Below, piece after piece: positions 39,358-49,932 of a stretch of DNA of 64,000 nucleotides. The notes beneath the pieces were generated by a model, which searched no databases, was not told where the DNA came from, and saw only the letters and a program-made list of their open reading frames with translations. The position numbers and the translations under genes were made by a program. This stretch comes from Acidimicrobiia bacterium (lineage in GTDB: Bacteria; Actinomycetota; Acidimicrobiia; Spongiisociales; ZC4RG35): positions 1 through 64,000 of the forward strand of contig CBDBCY010000001.1 in the NCBI GenBank assembly GCA_965203555.1, in the 5' to 3' direction. The stretch's first letter is position 1. Every line of letters begins with the position of its first letter.

Positions 39358-40457
39358 TCGACGACACCCTTCGTCACCAGCCGACTCCCGCCCTGGTCAT
39401 CGACAGGGTGGTCATGCAACGCAATGTCACGGAGATGGCGCAACGGATGAAGAATCTGGGTGTGGCACTACGCCCCCACTGGAAGACTTCCAAAATGGTT
39501 GAAGCGGCTCACATGCAGAGCCGGGCGGGCTGCGTCGGTTTCACCTGCGCCACCCCGGCCGAGGTTGAATGTTTGCTTGACAACGGGTATACAGACATCA
39601 CTTGGGCCCATCAACCAGTGGGATATCCCAAAGTCGCCTTTGCAGTGGAAGCCAACCGGCGGGGACGGGTGCGGGTGGCGCTCGACTCCCTGGGAGCAGC
39701 AGCCCCGCTGGCCCGAGCCGCCCAGGCTGCGGAGGTGGAGATTCCCTACTTGATCGAGGTTGACACCGGACTGGGCCGGGCGGGGGTTGCTCCCGGCAAC
39801 GCGGTCGACTTGGCAAGACAACTGGAGGGGCTGGATGGCCTGAGACTGGAGGGCATCATCACCCACGAAGGGCATCTGAGCGGCTACTGGACCGACCGGA
39901 CGGGGCTGGAGAACGCGGGCCGATCGGCGGGGCAGACCATTGTGGGAACGGCGAAGGCTCTTCGGATGGCCGGATTCGAAGTGAAAGTGGTGTCAGTCGG
40001 ATCCACACCGGGGTCGACCTCCACCCCTACCATCCCGGGAATCACCGAAGCCCGTTGCGGAACCTATGTGTTCAACGACGCCAATCAGGTGACCATAGGA
40101 AGTACCGACCTCTCGGGCTGCGCTCTAACCGTGGCCGCTCGGGTGGTCAGCACCCCCAGACCCGGTGAGGCCATCATCGACGCGGGAAGCAAATCGATGA
40201 GTTCCGACGGCCCGACCTCCGGGGCCGGCTTCGGAAGGGTTCTGGCCGCCGACGGCGCCTATGCCGACATCGCATTTTTCAAGGCCAACGAGGAGCACGG
40301 TTTTCTGAGTGGACCGGGCGTGGAGATTCTCCGAGTGGGTGACATGGTGCGTACCGTCCCCAATCACGCCTGCGCCACGGTGAACATGTGGAGCCGGGCG
40401 TTGGTGGTTGATGAGAGTGGCGCCTTCGAGGAGTGGAGGATCAGAGCCCGCCGCTGA
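39354..40457 (+). CDS. D-threonine aldolase / D-serine dehydratase-like PLP enzyme (alanine racemase fold)
   Basis: LRPHWKTSK, EVDTGLGRAG, GTYVFND, NEEHG, PNHAC. Confidence 0.88.
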   Translation: MIDDTLRHQPTPALVIDRVVMQRNVTEMAQRMKNLGVALRPHWKTSKMVEAAHMQSRAGCVGFTCATPAEVECLLDNGYTDITWAHQPVGYPKVAFAVEANRRGRVRVALDSLGAAAPLARAAQAAEVEIPYLIEVDTGLGRAGVAPGNAVDLARQLEGLDGLRLEGIITHEGHLSGYWTDRTGLENAGRSAGQTIVGTAKALRMAGFEVKVVSVGSTPGSTSTPTIPGITEARCGTYVFNDANQVTIGSTDLSGCALTVAARVVSTPRPGEAIIDAGSKSMSSDGPTSGAGFGRVLAADGAYADIAFFKANEEHGFLSGPGVEILRVGDMVRTVPNHACATVNMWSRALVVDESGAFEEWRIRARR

Positions 40458-40494
40458 TCGGGGCGATCGACGACCGACCTTTCCCGGGCGCGGT

Positions 40495-40692
40495 TCAGTT
40501 CAAGCGGTCGATGATCCGATCCAGATTCTCGTCGATGTAGTCGAGCCGAGCGTCCATGTGAGTTCCCATCCGGTCGATCCGATTCTCCACCCGGTCGAGC
40601 CGAGCGTCCACTCGATCAAGCCGTTCGGACATCCGCCCGTCCATGAGTTCTATGGCATCCACTGTCATAGAGGCAACATCGCGGGCATCCAT
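40495..40692 (-). CDS. small heptad-repeat coiled-coil protein, 65 aa
   Basis: RLDRVDA-RLDRVEN-RIDRMGT heptads; upstream TATGAT and GAGG. Confidence 0.65.
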   Translation of the reverse strand: MDARDVASMTVDAIELMDGRMSERLDRVDARLDRVENRIDRMGTHMDARLDYIDENLDRIIDRLN

Positions 40693-40935
40693 CAGGCCTC
40701 AATCATAGTGCGCACCCTGCGCGTTTGTCCGCCCGGCAAGGAGATTGGGGCCTCGTCAGGTAGACGGCGAAATCTATCTCTTGATCCAGAGACCCCTCGA
40801 ATAGGTCATGTCACACCGATCAGACCGCATCATGTGCGGTATTCACATCAGTCGCAGAGAGGGAGAAACATGAAGGACATCCCCAAAACCCTCTTCCTCG
40901 CAGACGATGGACGACCGACCTTTCCCGGACGCGGT

Positions 40936-41154
40936 TCAGTTCAAGCGGTCGATGATCCGATCCAGATTCTCGTCGATGTAGTCGAGCCGAGCGTCAATGT
41001 GAGTTCCCATCCGGTCGAGCCGATTCTCCATCCGGTCGAGCCGATTCTCCATCCGGTCGAGCCGAGCGTCCACTCGATCAAGCCGTTCGGACATCCGCCC
41101 GTCCATGAGTTCTATGGCATCCACTGTCATAGAGGCAACATCGCGGGCATCCAT
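40936..41154 (-). CDS. small heptad-repeat coiled-coil protein, 72 aa
   Basis: Paralog of 40495-40692 with one extra RLDRMEN heptad. Confidence 0.65.
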   Translation of the reverse strand: MDARDVASMTVDAIELMDGRMSERLDRVDARLDRMENRLDRMENRLDRMGTHIDARLDYIDENLDRIIDRLN

Positions 41155-41185
41155 CAGGCCTCAATCATAGTGCGCACCCTGCGCG

Positions 41186-41825
41186 TTAGTCTGCCCAGAA
41201 AGCGGACACCTCCACGGTGGATCTCGGGGTATTCTGACCGGTTCGCATGGAGCGAGTGAAACCGTTCAAGAGCTTCGGAGACGCCTTGTGGAAGTCGGCC
41301 AAGCCGCATACGGTTCCTGAGAGAAACGCACCGAGGCCGGGGCGGTTCACCCTGGAAATCGGGGCTGTCCCGGGAGGAAACCGGCTCCGTTTCGCCTGAC
41401 TATCGGGATTGTCCGCGGGGGACGACATCGGTGTGATGGGAGCGCCAGACTCGACGGGATCGCCCGGGCTACTCGGAATCTCTCCAAGATGACATTTCCG
41501 AATCCAAGGCCGGAGACCATCCCGGAGCGCCCTGCTCAGGGACACTGACTTCTGCTCATCCATGTATACGACCCCCGCCGATCTCGAACTGGCTCAGATG
41601 CCCACAGCACTCGAACCATATCCGACGAAGAAAGAGCAAGCGCTGCAAGGTCGTCACTGCGGGCGTTTCGATATGCAACCAGTAGTGGGTGTTGTACTCA
41701 TCCACTTTTTCAAGTGAAAAGCAGGTACCCTCTTTGCCGCTCCCCCGGTGATTCTCCGGCGACAATCTGTGATGTGCCGAGACATGCCGGCACGGGTGTA
41801 GGTGCGGTCACATAGTCGACACATC
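41186..41825 (-). pseudogene. frameshifted remnant resembling pRiA4b ORF-3-like Cys-rich proteins
   Basis: CRLCDRTYTRAGMSRHITDC and YWLHIE...FLRRIWFECCGHLSQFEIGG lie in different frames. Confidence 0.6.
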
Positions 41826-42245
41826 CCTACCGATTCGTTTCTCGGGGTCTTGATGCTGTCCGCGCTTTTGGAAGAAACTCACTGTCACCATCCCTTTTGG
41901 ACGCCACGGCGAACTTCTTCACAGGCCGACAGCGCGGTGGCAGAGGTGGAGACCAAAGCACCAGTTCCGGATCACACCGCATTCGTAACGAGCAGTTCAA
42001 TGTTCGCTCTGTATGGCCCGGACTGCCTGCCCTCCGAGGAGCCGACCCATGTCCGCCTGAGTTTTCCAGATGTGAGTTGACACTCTCACCGAGTTGCCCC
42101 GTACCGAGACATACACGGATCAAGAAGCCAGCTCCGTCATCAGCGATTGATGCCTTCCGGTATCCGAGTGTTCTTTTAGTGTTTGTTTTGACAACTTGGT
42201 GTTATGTGGTGTTGTTTGTCACACCTCTGGTGCATACTGGTATGC

Positions 42246-43490
42246 ATGAACAGAAAAGACATGAACGGTTCGGTGGCCAATCGGGTGCGTTTGTTGGTGC
42301 CTTCTTTGCCGGTTTCTGAGGCTTCGTTGGAGCAGTTGCGCAAGCGGTTGAAGTCCACTGTCCGTGTTCAGAACCAGGCAGCGGCGATCCGCGCCGAGAT
42401 TGTGTCGGAGTTGCGCCGCCGGGAAGGCACCGAGGTGGTGGAAACGGTGTTACAAACCGACGGCCTGCTAGGCCGTAGACGGGCCCGGTCGGAAGTGGAG
42501 ACCGCCCGAGCATTGGAGGAACTACCAAAAACGCGGGAAGGGCTTCGCGCGGGGGAGATCTCCCACGACAACGCGCGGATCCTCGCTGGTGCCAACCAGC
42601 GGGGAACCATAGCAGAAGACGAGTTGTTGGATGATGCTCGTTCCCAGTCTCCGGACAAGTTCGCGGCGACGGTCCGCAAACACGAACAGAAGCGTGCCCG
42701 GGATGATGGTGTGTCGAAGTTGGAGCATCAGCGGTCCCATCGGTTCGCCAGGATCACCACCGACCAAGACGACGGGATGACCGTCCTGTACGGACGTTTC
42801 GACCCGGTCACCGGTGCCCGGGTGGAAACGGCCGTGTCACACATGATGAAACAACTATGGCACAAAGAAGACCCCCGGGACCGGGCCACATCAGGTCAGA
42901 GAATGGCCGACGCTTTGGCCGAACTTCTTACTCGGGAAGGAAAAGACGGTCGGTCGCAGGATGTGCGCCTGTTGCTGATCGCCGACTACGACACCATCAA
43001 TCAACAACTGAAAGATGCCCGCCTGGGGGACGGGACTCCCATTCCCGCCAAGACGCTGCGGGAACTGGCCTGTGACGCCCAGATCCTGCCCGCCATCTTC
43101 TCAGGGTCGTCGATACCCCTGGATCTGGGACGAGCCAGACGCAAAGCCAGCCCGGCCCAACGCGCTGCGCTCATCGCCCGCGATCAACACTGTGTCGGGT
43201 GCGGAGCGAAAGCCGCCTGGTGCCAGGCCCACCACATCGTCCACTGGGCCGACGGAGGCCCCACCAACATCGACAACCTCGTCCTGCTATGCAGCAGATG
43301 CCACCACAAAATACACGACCAAAACTGGACAATCCACCAGTCACCAGCAGGAAGATACACCCTCCGCCGACCACCCACCCAATGGGGACACCCACCCCGC
43401 CAACCCACCTCCCACCGCTACCCCCGCAAACGCCGACCCAACAGCCGCTACCCTCGCAAACGCCGACCCACCATAAAACAACGAAAATAA
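42246..43490 (+). CDS. DUF222 / HNH endonuclease (REP13E12-like)
   Basis: LACDAQILP, LGRARR, RDQHCVGC...CQAHHIVHWADGGPTNIDNLVLLCSRCHHKIH. Confidence 0.92.
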   Translation: MNRKDMNGSVANRVRLLVPSLPVSEASLEQLRKRLKSTVRVQNQAAAIRAEIVSELRRREGTEVVETVLQTDGLLGRRRARSEVETARALEELPKTREGLRAGEISHDNARILAGANQRGTIAEDELLDDARSQSPDKFAATVRKHEQKRARDDGVSKLEHQRSHRFARITTDQDDGMTVLYGRFDPVTGARVETAVSHMMKQLWHKEDPRDRATSGQRMADALAELLTREGKDGRSQDVRLLLIADYDTINQQLKDARLGDGTPIPAKTLRELACDAQILPAIFSGSSIPLDLGRARRKASPAQRAALIARDQHCVGCGAKAAWCQAHHIVHWADGGPTNIDNLVLLCSRCHHKIHDQNWTIHQSPAGRYTLRRPPTQWGHPPRQPTSHRYPRKRRPNSRYPRKRRPTIKQRK

Positions 43491-43853
43491 ACAGACCACT
43501 TCCCCCGACTCTTCCCACCCGGGACACCATCCCCCACCCGCCACCGGACCCCTACCATCCGGTTTCCCACTCTTGCCCCGCGGCATCCCCCTCCTAATTT
43601 GGGTTTCCCCTCCCGACCCGCCGCCCCCTGACCGTCACAAAAGGTGCGAACAGGCGCAGGCCTGCCCGAACCCGAAACAAACCAGTATTCGGCTAGATAG
43701 TCCACTCTCGGGGACACTGTCAAACCAGCGTCTCGACCGAGAACAAGACCGATCTGATGACGGCGATCCGGACCGCGCATTCATGTTTGTCTATTCAATA
43801 TGCAACGGACCTGAGACAAAACACAAGCGTTTCGTCATGAATCTTTGGGGAAA

Positions 43854-45020
43854 TCATCGCGACTCTTTCAGCCAGGCGGCCAACCCTTCGAGTAGGCGAT
43901 CCATGTCGGCTCGGGTGTTCCACATGTGCGCCGAGACCCTCACCGAATTGCCTCGCACCGATACGTAAACCGACCGGGAGGCAAGATCCGTCACCAGCGA
44001 ACGCGGATCGGCGCCCTCCGGCAACCGCAGACCCACCAGGTGGGAGCTTCGGAACTCGGACCGGGGAGCATTGAGTCCCAGGGCGGCGGCCTCTTCGGCC
44101 AGGTAATCGGTGAGCCCTTGACTGTACGCCGACAAGCGGTCGGTCCCCACCGACGATACGATCTCCAGAGCGCGACCGGCCGCCTCGGTCAGCCACAGAT
44201 TCCAGGTCTGCCCGGCGTCGTAGCGTCTTGCTCCCGAAGCCAACTCCCAGCGGTACTCGTTTACCCGAGAAAAGTCTTCGCTTCCCGCCCTGGCCATCCA
44301 GTTGGCGTCGATCGGTCTCCCCTCCCGGTTCTCCGGCGACGCCCACAAATAGCACAGGCCCGGCGGACCCAACAGCCACTTGTATCCCACAGAAACCACA
44401 AAGTCGGGGCGGATGCTCTCCACATCGAAGGGCGCCATTCCCAGGCTCTGCGAAATATCCAGGACCACGCGAGCGCCCACCGCGCGGGCTGCTTTTCCCA
44501 CCGTTTCCAGATCCACTCGGGTCCCGTCCGTCCAGTGACAGGCCGGCGCCGACACCGCCGAGATCGTCTCATCCAGGCGGTCCAGCACCGCGGCAGTCCA
44601 ATCGTCGTCCGAAGGTCGCTTCACAAAGACCGCCTCAGCGCCTCGCTCGGTCCAGGGATACACCATGGCGGGGAATTGCTCCTCGAGCATCAACACCCGG
44701 TCGCCCTCCCCTACCCCCAGGGCGGAGGCTGCGGTGGCCACCCCGTAGCTGGCCGAGGGTATCAACGCAACACCTTCGGCATCTCCCCCAACCAGCCGGG
44801 CAACCCATTCCCTGATCCGGTTTCCGGGCTTGAAGAAGTCCGAGACCGTCACCTCCGACAGCGGCCGGTTCACCGCCGCTGCCACCGCCTCGGTTACCGG
44901 CCTGGCCCGGGCGCCCAGATAGGCGCTGTTCAGCCAGGCAACGTCCCCCGGAAGATCAAACAGCCCCCGGGCAGGCAATTCCAAACGCGAAAATGAGGCT
45001 CTCATCGATTCCGAAATCAA
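43854..45020 (-). CDS. aminotransferase class V / cysteine desulfurase-like PLP enzyme
   Basis: WLNSAYLG, HWTDG, DISQSLG, GYKWLLGPPG, VRVSAH. Confidence 0.9.
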   Translation of the reverse strand: MISESMRASFSRLELPARGLFDLPGDVAWLNSAYLGARARPVTEAVAAAVNRPLSEVTVSDFFKPGNRIREWVARLVGGDAEGVALIPSASYGVATAASALGVGEGDRVLMLEEQFPAMVYPWTERGAEAVFVKRPSDDDWTAAVLDRLDETISAVSAPACHWTDGTRVDLETVGKAARAVGARVVLDISQSLGMAPFDVESIRPDFVVSVGYKWLLGPPGLCYLWASPENREGRPIDANWMARAGSEDFSRVNEYRWELASGARRYDAGQTWNLWLTEAAGRALEIVSSVGTDRLSAYSQGLTDYLAEEAAALGLNAPRSEFRSSHLVGLRLPEGADPRSLVTDLASRSVYVSVRGNSVRVSAHMWNTRADMDRLLEGLAAWLKESR

Positions 45021-45277
45021 TCAGTGGGATAGACGAGAGTCAAATCCGAAAAGGTCACCCCTTCCGAGCCGAGCCGAGAGGAGAGCATCCCTTCGAACAT
45101 CTCCTTGGGAATCAGACACTCCTCACAGGCGTCGGGTCCCGCCACTATCTCCACCCGCAGGCCTCCCACGCCCGCCACACTCACCTCCAATGTGTAACCA
45201 TCGGCGGCCAGTCCCGACGAGAAAGGCATCAAAGCCGAGATTGCCGACTCCACACCCGGGTGCGGCTTTCCAGTCAC
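45017..45277 (-). CDS. small NifU-like CxxC protein
   Basis: LAADGYTL...ACEECLIPK; coupled to the downstream PLP enzyme by TTGA overlap. Confidence 0.6.
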   Translation of the reverse strand: MTGKPHPGVESAISALMPFSSGLAADGYTLEVSVAGVGGLRVEIVAGPDACEECLIPKEMFEGMLSSRLGSEGVTFSDLTLVYPTD

Positions 45278-45364
45278 AGTCCCCTTAGGGTAGCCTTCAA
45301 GATCATCCGTCCGAAGGTCGCATTCTTGCTTGACAATAAGCCTCTCCCCCTACCTCTGGGAACC

Positions 45365-46006
45365 GTGCTCCTCCAGGGCATCCGAGCCTTTCTCAACTCT
45401 CCCGCCGCGTTGACGGCTCGCTCTCTCTATGTCTCGGCCGTCCCCGCGGTGGTCCTGGTGATATGGCAGGCCAGCGAGAACACGCGGGAAGGCAACCCTC
45501 TCTTCTTCTGGGTTTACTTGTTCATCTGGTGCGGGAGTTTCTTCGTGACCGGCTATGTTGGATGGCCTCTCGCCCGCACCGCACTGGCGGCGGCGTCCGC
45601 CGACCTTTCCTCCGACCGGGATGACGACTGGTGGGTGCGGGACGGGTTCGTAAGGGCAACGGCCGCCTTCTCGTTCACCGTCGCAGTGGGAATGGTATTC
45701 CTGGTGATCCCGGGTTTGATGGTCCTGATGATCTACACCTTCTATCCCTTCCTGATCATTGAGAAGAAGACCAAGGGTTTCATGTCATTGGCGATGAGTG
45801 CGGAACTGACCAGGGGAAACCGCATGCGCCTTTTGGTCGTGGTGCTGGTCATGGCGGTTTTGTTTGTACCGGCCGGCGCTTTGTTCTACCTCTGGGAACC
45901 GGGCTTGGCAAGGGTCCTCGCCTTCTGGGTGCTGAGCGCTCCGGCTCTGGCTGTGGCGGCGGCTACCGTGGCAGCGGCGTACCGCATTCTCGGCTCTTCC
46001 CGATAG
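45365..46006 (+). CDS. integral membrane protein
   Basis: Hydrophobic; FLVIPGL...SLAMSAELTRGNRMRLL; start estimated. Confidence 0.65.
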   Translation: MLLQGIRAFLNSPAALTARSLYVSAVPAVVLVIWQASENTREGNPLFFWVYLFIWCGSFFVTGYVGWPLARTALAAASADLSSDRDDDWWVRDGFVRATAAFSFTVAVGMVFLVIPGLMVLMIYTFYPFLIIEKKTKGFMSLAMSAELTRGNRMRLLVVVLVMAVLFVPAGALFYLWEPGLARVLAFWVLSAPALAVAAATVAAAYRILGSSR

Positions 46007-46113
46007 GAGTCGTTGACACGACTGGCTAAAAACCCGCGAATTTCCCACATTGGGGCATCTCCGCCCTCTAGGGTTATAGGTGTATACCGTAATACCCCTC
46101 TAAAGGAGGAAGA

Positions 46114-47208
46114 ATGCTCGCACGTCTACAGAAGTTTGGCGGGTTTATGGCGGGTATGGTCATTCCCAACATTGGGGCGTTTATCGCCTGGGGATTGATC
46201 ACCGCCTTTTTCATTCCCACCGGATGGACACCTAACGACGATCTGCTAGAGCTGGTAGGCCCAATCATTGTCTACCTGTTGCCCGTACTAATCGGTTACA
46301 CGGGCGGCAAGATGGTGTATGGCCATAGGGGAGGCGTGATGGGCTCCCTTGCCACTATGGGAATCATTGTCGGTGCTGACTTTGCTCTGGAAAGCGGCGC
46401 CACCGGTGACCCACCCCAGTTCTTGGGCGCGATGGTGGTCGGTCCCCTGGCTGCCTGGATAATGATGAAAGTCGACCAGGCTTTCCAGGACAGGGTGGCT
46501 GTCGGATTCGAGATGCTCTACAACAACTTCTCGGCCGGCATTCTGGGCGCCATTCTGGCGATCATCGGACGCTACATCATGGGTCCGATCATGGGCGGTA
46601 TCGCCAGCTTCTTCGGAAATGTCGTTGACGCCGTCAACGATGCCGGACTACTACCCCTGGCGGATATACCCATCGAAGTCGGAAAGGTGTTGTTCCTGAA
46701 CAACGCCATCAACCATGGAATCCTCGCGCCGCTGGGCGCAGCGGAGGCCGCTGAAACAGGGAAGGCGATCCACTTCCTGCTGGAAACCAACCCTGGCCCG
46801 GGGCTGGGATTGCTCCTGGCCTATTGGTTCGCCGGCAAGGGTATGGCCAAGCTGTCCGCTCCCGGCGCTATCGTCATTCACTTCTTCGGTGGCATCCATG
46901 AGATCTACTTCCCGTACATTCTCATGCATCCCATCATGATTCTCTCGGTTTGGGCCGGAGGCATCCTCGCTGACATCATCTTCGTGATTTTCGACTCGGG
47001 GTTATCGGCCACGCCCTCGCCGGGCTCTATCTTCGCCTATCTGGCGGTAACGCCGAGGGGCGAACACATAGGGGTCTATCTAGGTGTGGCGGCCGCAGCG
47101 GCGGCAGCATTCGTAGTGGGTACGCTGCTGTTGCGGATCTCACCGGTCAAGGAAACGGAAGGCACCGAGGATATGATCGGCACCATGCCAAGCGTTCCAG
47201 CCGGTTAA
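46114..47208 (+). CDS. mtlA: PTS mannitol-type EIIC component
   Basis: QKFGGFMAGMVIPNIGAFIAWGLIT, FLNNAINHG, ETNPGPG, HFFGGIHEIYFP. Confidence 0.95.
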   Translation: MLARLQKFGGFMAGMVIPNIGAFIAWGLITAFFIPTGWTPNDDLLELVGPIIVYLLPVLIGYTGGKMVYGHRGGVMGSLATMGIIVGADFALESGATGDPPQFLGAMVVGPLAAWIMMKVDQAFQDRVAVGFEMLYNNFSAGILGAILAIIGRYIMGPIMGGIASFFGNVVDAVNDAGLLPLADIPIEVGKVLFLNNAINHGILAPLGAAEAAETGKAIHFLLETNPGPGLGLLLAYWFAGKGMAKLSAPGAIVIHFFGGIHEIYFPYILMHPIMILSVWAGGILADIIFVIFDSGLSATPSPGSIFAYLAVTPRGEHIGVYLGVAAAAAAAFVVGTLLLRISPVKETEGTEDMIGTMPSVPAG

Positions 47209-47230
47209 ACCAAACCAACTCCCGTATTAA

Positions 47231-47269
47231 AGTGGGGAGCGTCTCCTACCCCGGGAGACTCTCCCCACT
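47231..47269. promoter_or_regulatory. strong intergenic hairpin between the EIIC and EIIB genes
   Basis: AGTGGGGAG-C-GTCTCC...GGAGAC-T-CTCCCCACT. Confidence 0.55.
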
Positions 47270-47292
47270 CTCTTATCCGGAAGGATTACAAC

Positions 47293-47616
47293 ATGAGTTC
47301 AGTAGTAAAGGCGGCGTCGGATGTCAAGTGGATCGTTCTCGCCTGTGAAGCCGGGATGGGTTCAAGCCTGATGGTGACCAACGCCCTCAAAAAGATGGTC
47401 AAGAAGGCCAAACTCAAGGTAAAGGTCAGCCACTCGCCGGTGCACGACATACCCGCCGAGGCCGATGTGGTGGTAACCCATCAGGGACTGGCCGCCCGGG
47501 TAAAGCAGGTTGCGCCTCACGCCGCCGTCGTTCCGTTCAGGACCTTTCTGAAAGACCCGGCCCTGACCCAGTTGGTGAAGAACCTCGCCACCGGGCAGGA
47601 CGTGGAGGGGATGTAG
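47293..47616 (+). CDS. PTS mannitol-type EIIB component
   Basis: LACEAGMGSSL phosphorylation loop. Confidence 0.9.
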   Translation: MSSVVKAASDVKWIVLACEAGMGSSLMVTNALKKMVKKAKLKVKVSHSPVHDIPAEADVVVTHQGLAARVKQVAPHAAVVPFRTFLKDPALTQLVKNLATGQDVEGM

Positions 47617-47619
47617 CCG

Positions 47620-48066
47620 ATGGCGGAAGAGTCCGTAGCTTCGGTGGAGGCCATCTCCCTGGGCGAAAAAGGCCTAACCATGGAAGAAGCCATAGGTCGG
47701 GTGTCAGGAATGCTGTTCGACCTGGGGGCTGTGGAAGAGGGATACGGAGCATCAATGCTGGCCCGAGAAGAGGTGATCTCCACCTACCTGGGAAACGGGA
47801 TCGCCCTTCCCCACTGCACCTACGAGGACAAGGGCCTTATCAAACGCACCTCCCTGGTGCTGGCTCAATACCCCGCGGGTATCCCCTGGGGTGATGAGGA
47901 CGACACAGCTTACCTGGTGTTCGGATTGGCGGCGGTGGGCGAAGAACATCTGGCGGTGATGTCGCATCTGGCGGAAGTGTTGGACGACGAGGACCTGTGC
48001 GACCGGCTGGCAGTGGCCACCGACGAAAACTATGTCAAGGAGACCTTGGCCGCTTCTCCGGAATGA
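47620..48066 (+). CDS. mtlF: PTS mannitol-type EIIA component
   Basis: REEVISTYLGNGIALPH. Confidence 0.92.
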   Translation: MAEESVASVEAISLGEKGLTMEEAIGRVSGMLFDLGAVEEGYGASMLAREEVISTYLGNGIALPHCTYEDKGLIKRTSLVLAQYPAGIPWGDEDDTAYLVFGLAAVGEEHLAVMSHLAEVLDDEDLCDRLAVATDENYVKETLAASPE

Positions 48067-49184
48067 CCCGACGACGGGTGGCCGTATTCGGCGCCGGGAA
48101 CATAGGAAGAGGGTTGCTGGGATGGCTGTTCGGGCGCGCCGGATGGGAAGTGATCTTCGTTGATGTCTTTCCTCGATTGGTGGACGGAATCAACACGGCG
48201 GGGCAATACCGGGTGATCGAGGTGGGACCCGAAGGCAGATCCACCCGGTTGATCGAAGGAGTCAGGGCAGTAAACGGTACGGCGGACGAAGCCATTTCCG
48301 CCACGGCATCGGCGGAGGTGGTGTGCACCGCGGTGGGCGCAGGCATACTCGACCGCGTGGCGCCCACTGTCGCAGCGGCTCTTTCCCGCCGCGACAGTCG
48401 CATCCGCAATGTGCTGGCCTGCGAGAACGCCGACCCCAACAGCGCCCTGCTCCTAAAACATGTTCAAGGTGTCATGGGCGTCCGCCCGACGGGAGTGGGG
48501 TTCCCCGAGACGCTGGTCGACCGGATGGTGCCCGGTTCCACCGGGGAAAGTCTGGATGTGGAGGTGGAAGCGCGCTTTGACTTCAAAGTGGCCGAGGAGG
48601 CGTGGATCGGTAGGGACCCGGGCGTGCCGGGAGTGGAGTTGGTGGGCAATCTGGGTCTGTACCGCAAGAGAAAACTGTGGCTGGTCAACGGACTGCACGC
48701 CGCCGGAGCCTTCCTCGGATGGCATGCCGGCCACGAAACGGTGGCGCAGGCGGTTTCCGATCCGTCCATCAGACGGCGACTGGAGGAGATAGCCATCACC
48801 ATGGCAGCCGTCCTCTCCGAGCAATTGGAGGATTGGACCGAAGAAGAGTTGGCCGACTACGGACGGTACAACCTCCAACGGTTCCAGAGCACCGCCCTGG
48901 TGGATCCCGTCGGTCGGGTGGCTCGCAATCCCCTGAGGAAGCTGGGACCCACCGAGCGCCTGGTCAGCCCTGCCCGAGAAGCGGTCCGGCGGGGCCTCCC
49001 GTCGGGCGCCCTCTGCGACGCGATCGTGGCGGGGCTTTCGATAGACGACGACCGTGTGGAGGGAATGGGAGAACTGCGAGACATCCTGGCGTCGGGAGGG
49101 TGGAAGTCGGTGCTGGACCTGGGCGAGGCAGACCGGGCATTGGTTGAAATACTGGAAAACCGCATGGCTGAGCGGGTAATTTGA
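48063..49184 (+). CDS. mtlD: mannitol-1-phosphate 5-dehydrogenase
   Basis: FGAGNIGRG, ACEN, VDRMVP, RKLWLVNG, RVARNPLRKL. Confidence 0.92.
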   Translation: MTRRRVAVFGAGNIGRGLLGWLFGRAGWEVIFVDVFPRLVDGINTAGQYRVIEVGPEGRSTRLIEGVRAVNGTADEAISATASAEVVCTAVGAGILDRVAPTVAAALSRRDSRIRNVLACENADPNSALLLKHVQGVMGVRPTGVGFPETLVDRMVPGSTGESLDVEVEARFDFKVAEEAWIGRDPGVPGVELVGNLGLYRKRKLWLVNGLHAAGAFLGWHAGHETVAQAVSDPSIRRRLEEIAITMAAVLSEQLEDWTEEELADYGRYNLQRFQSTALVDPVGRVARNPLRKLGPTERLVSPAREAVRRGLPSGALCDAIVAGLSIDDDRVEGMGELRDILASGGWKSVLDLGEADRALVEILENRMAERVI

Positions 49185-49236
49185 GCCCTTGCCCTATATG
49201 ATCGGGGAAACAGTAACCGACCCTCCCAGGTGAGAA

Positions 49237-49536
49237 ATGTCCCGAATGACCGAAGACCAACTCCGGCAGGCAATGATCAACAAATTGTCCGCCGAACCGG
49301 ATCCCACCGGAAAAGCCGACCTGGTCTGCTCCAAAGGCGCGTTGGGTATCGCCGCCAACCACAAGCAGATCAAAAAGACCGTCAAGCGCCTGAGACCGCT
49401 GATGAGCTACCGTTTCCTGGTCATCAACCGAGCCGACCTGTTCGCAGCCAGTCCCGCCACCATCGGCACCAAGATCGGCATCCTCGACGCCAACGGATCC
49501 CTACTGAAAGCCGCCGACCTCCCCCGCAAACGCTAG
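49237..49536 (+). CDS. hypothetical basic protein
   Basis: 99-aa ORF with native codon pattern; its 3' end is duplicated at 50621-50660. Confidence 0.6.
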   Translation: MSRMTEDQLRQAMINKLSAEPDPTGKADLVCSKGALGIAANHKQIKKTVKRLRPLMSYRFLVINRADLFAASPATIGTKIGILDANGSLLKAADLPRKR

Positions 49537-49932
49537 GCGGCGCCCGCGAAGAAGATGACCAGCTCCAGCTCCGAAGGGAAGCCTGTTTGGCCTGAGTAAC
49601 GTCGACTCGCCAAACCGAGGCTTCGGTAGGAGCACGAAGTGACGCTACATCCCCGCTAGACCCTGGGGATCTGCCATCGTAGCCTTGGGAGTCGGCTTCA
49701 AGCAGCGATTCGAAGTTCTGGAAATGAAGGCGCTCATGCTGAGGTCGCGGGTTTCGGATGCCCAGCGCACCTGCTTCGCAAGCTGGTCGTCACGCGAAAT
49801 TGTCTCTTCATGATGCATCAACTGACAGTGATCGCCAACATCAACACTTGAACCCGGGGAATCAAGTCAGAACAGCCAACCGAAACGACGCAGGCCAGGT
49901 TCGGAGTGGAACGCCATGTTCTCAAACCTGTC
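49497..49932. repeat. segment R1, diverged duplicate of 50621-51062
   Basis: Contains the tail of the 49237 ORF, a decayed RHH antitoxin-like frame and the tail of toxin D. Confidence 0.9.

Larger units (their letters stand above)
40471..41196. repeat. ~265-bp near-identical duplication (40471-40734 and 40912-41196)
   Basis: Direct nucleotide match; second copy has one extra 21-bp unit. Confidence 0.95.

Noticed and set aside
44993-45364. N-terminal part of ORF 44993-46006
   Set aside because: Overlaps the minus-strand NifU-like gene; the hydrophobic protein begins near 45365.
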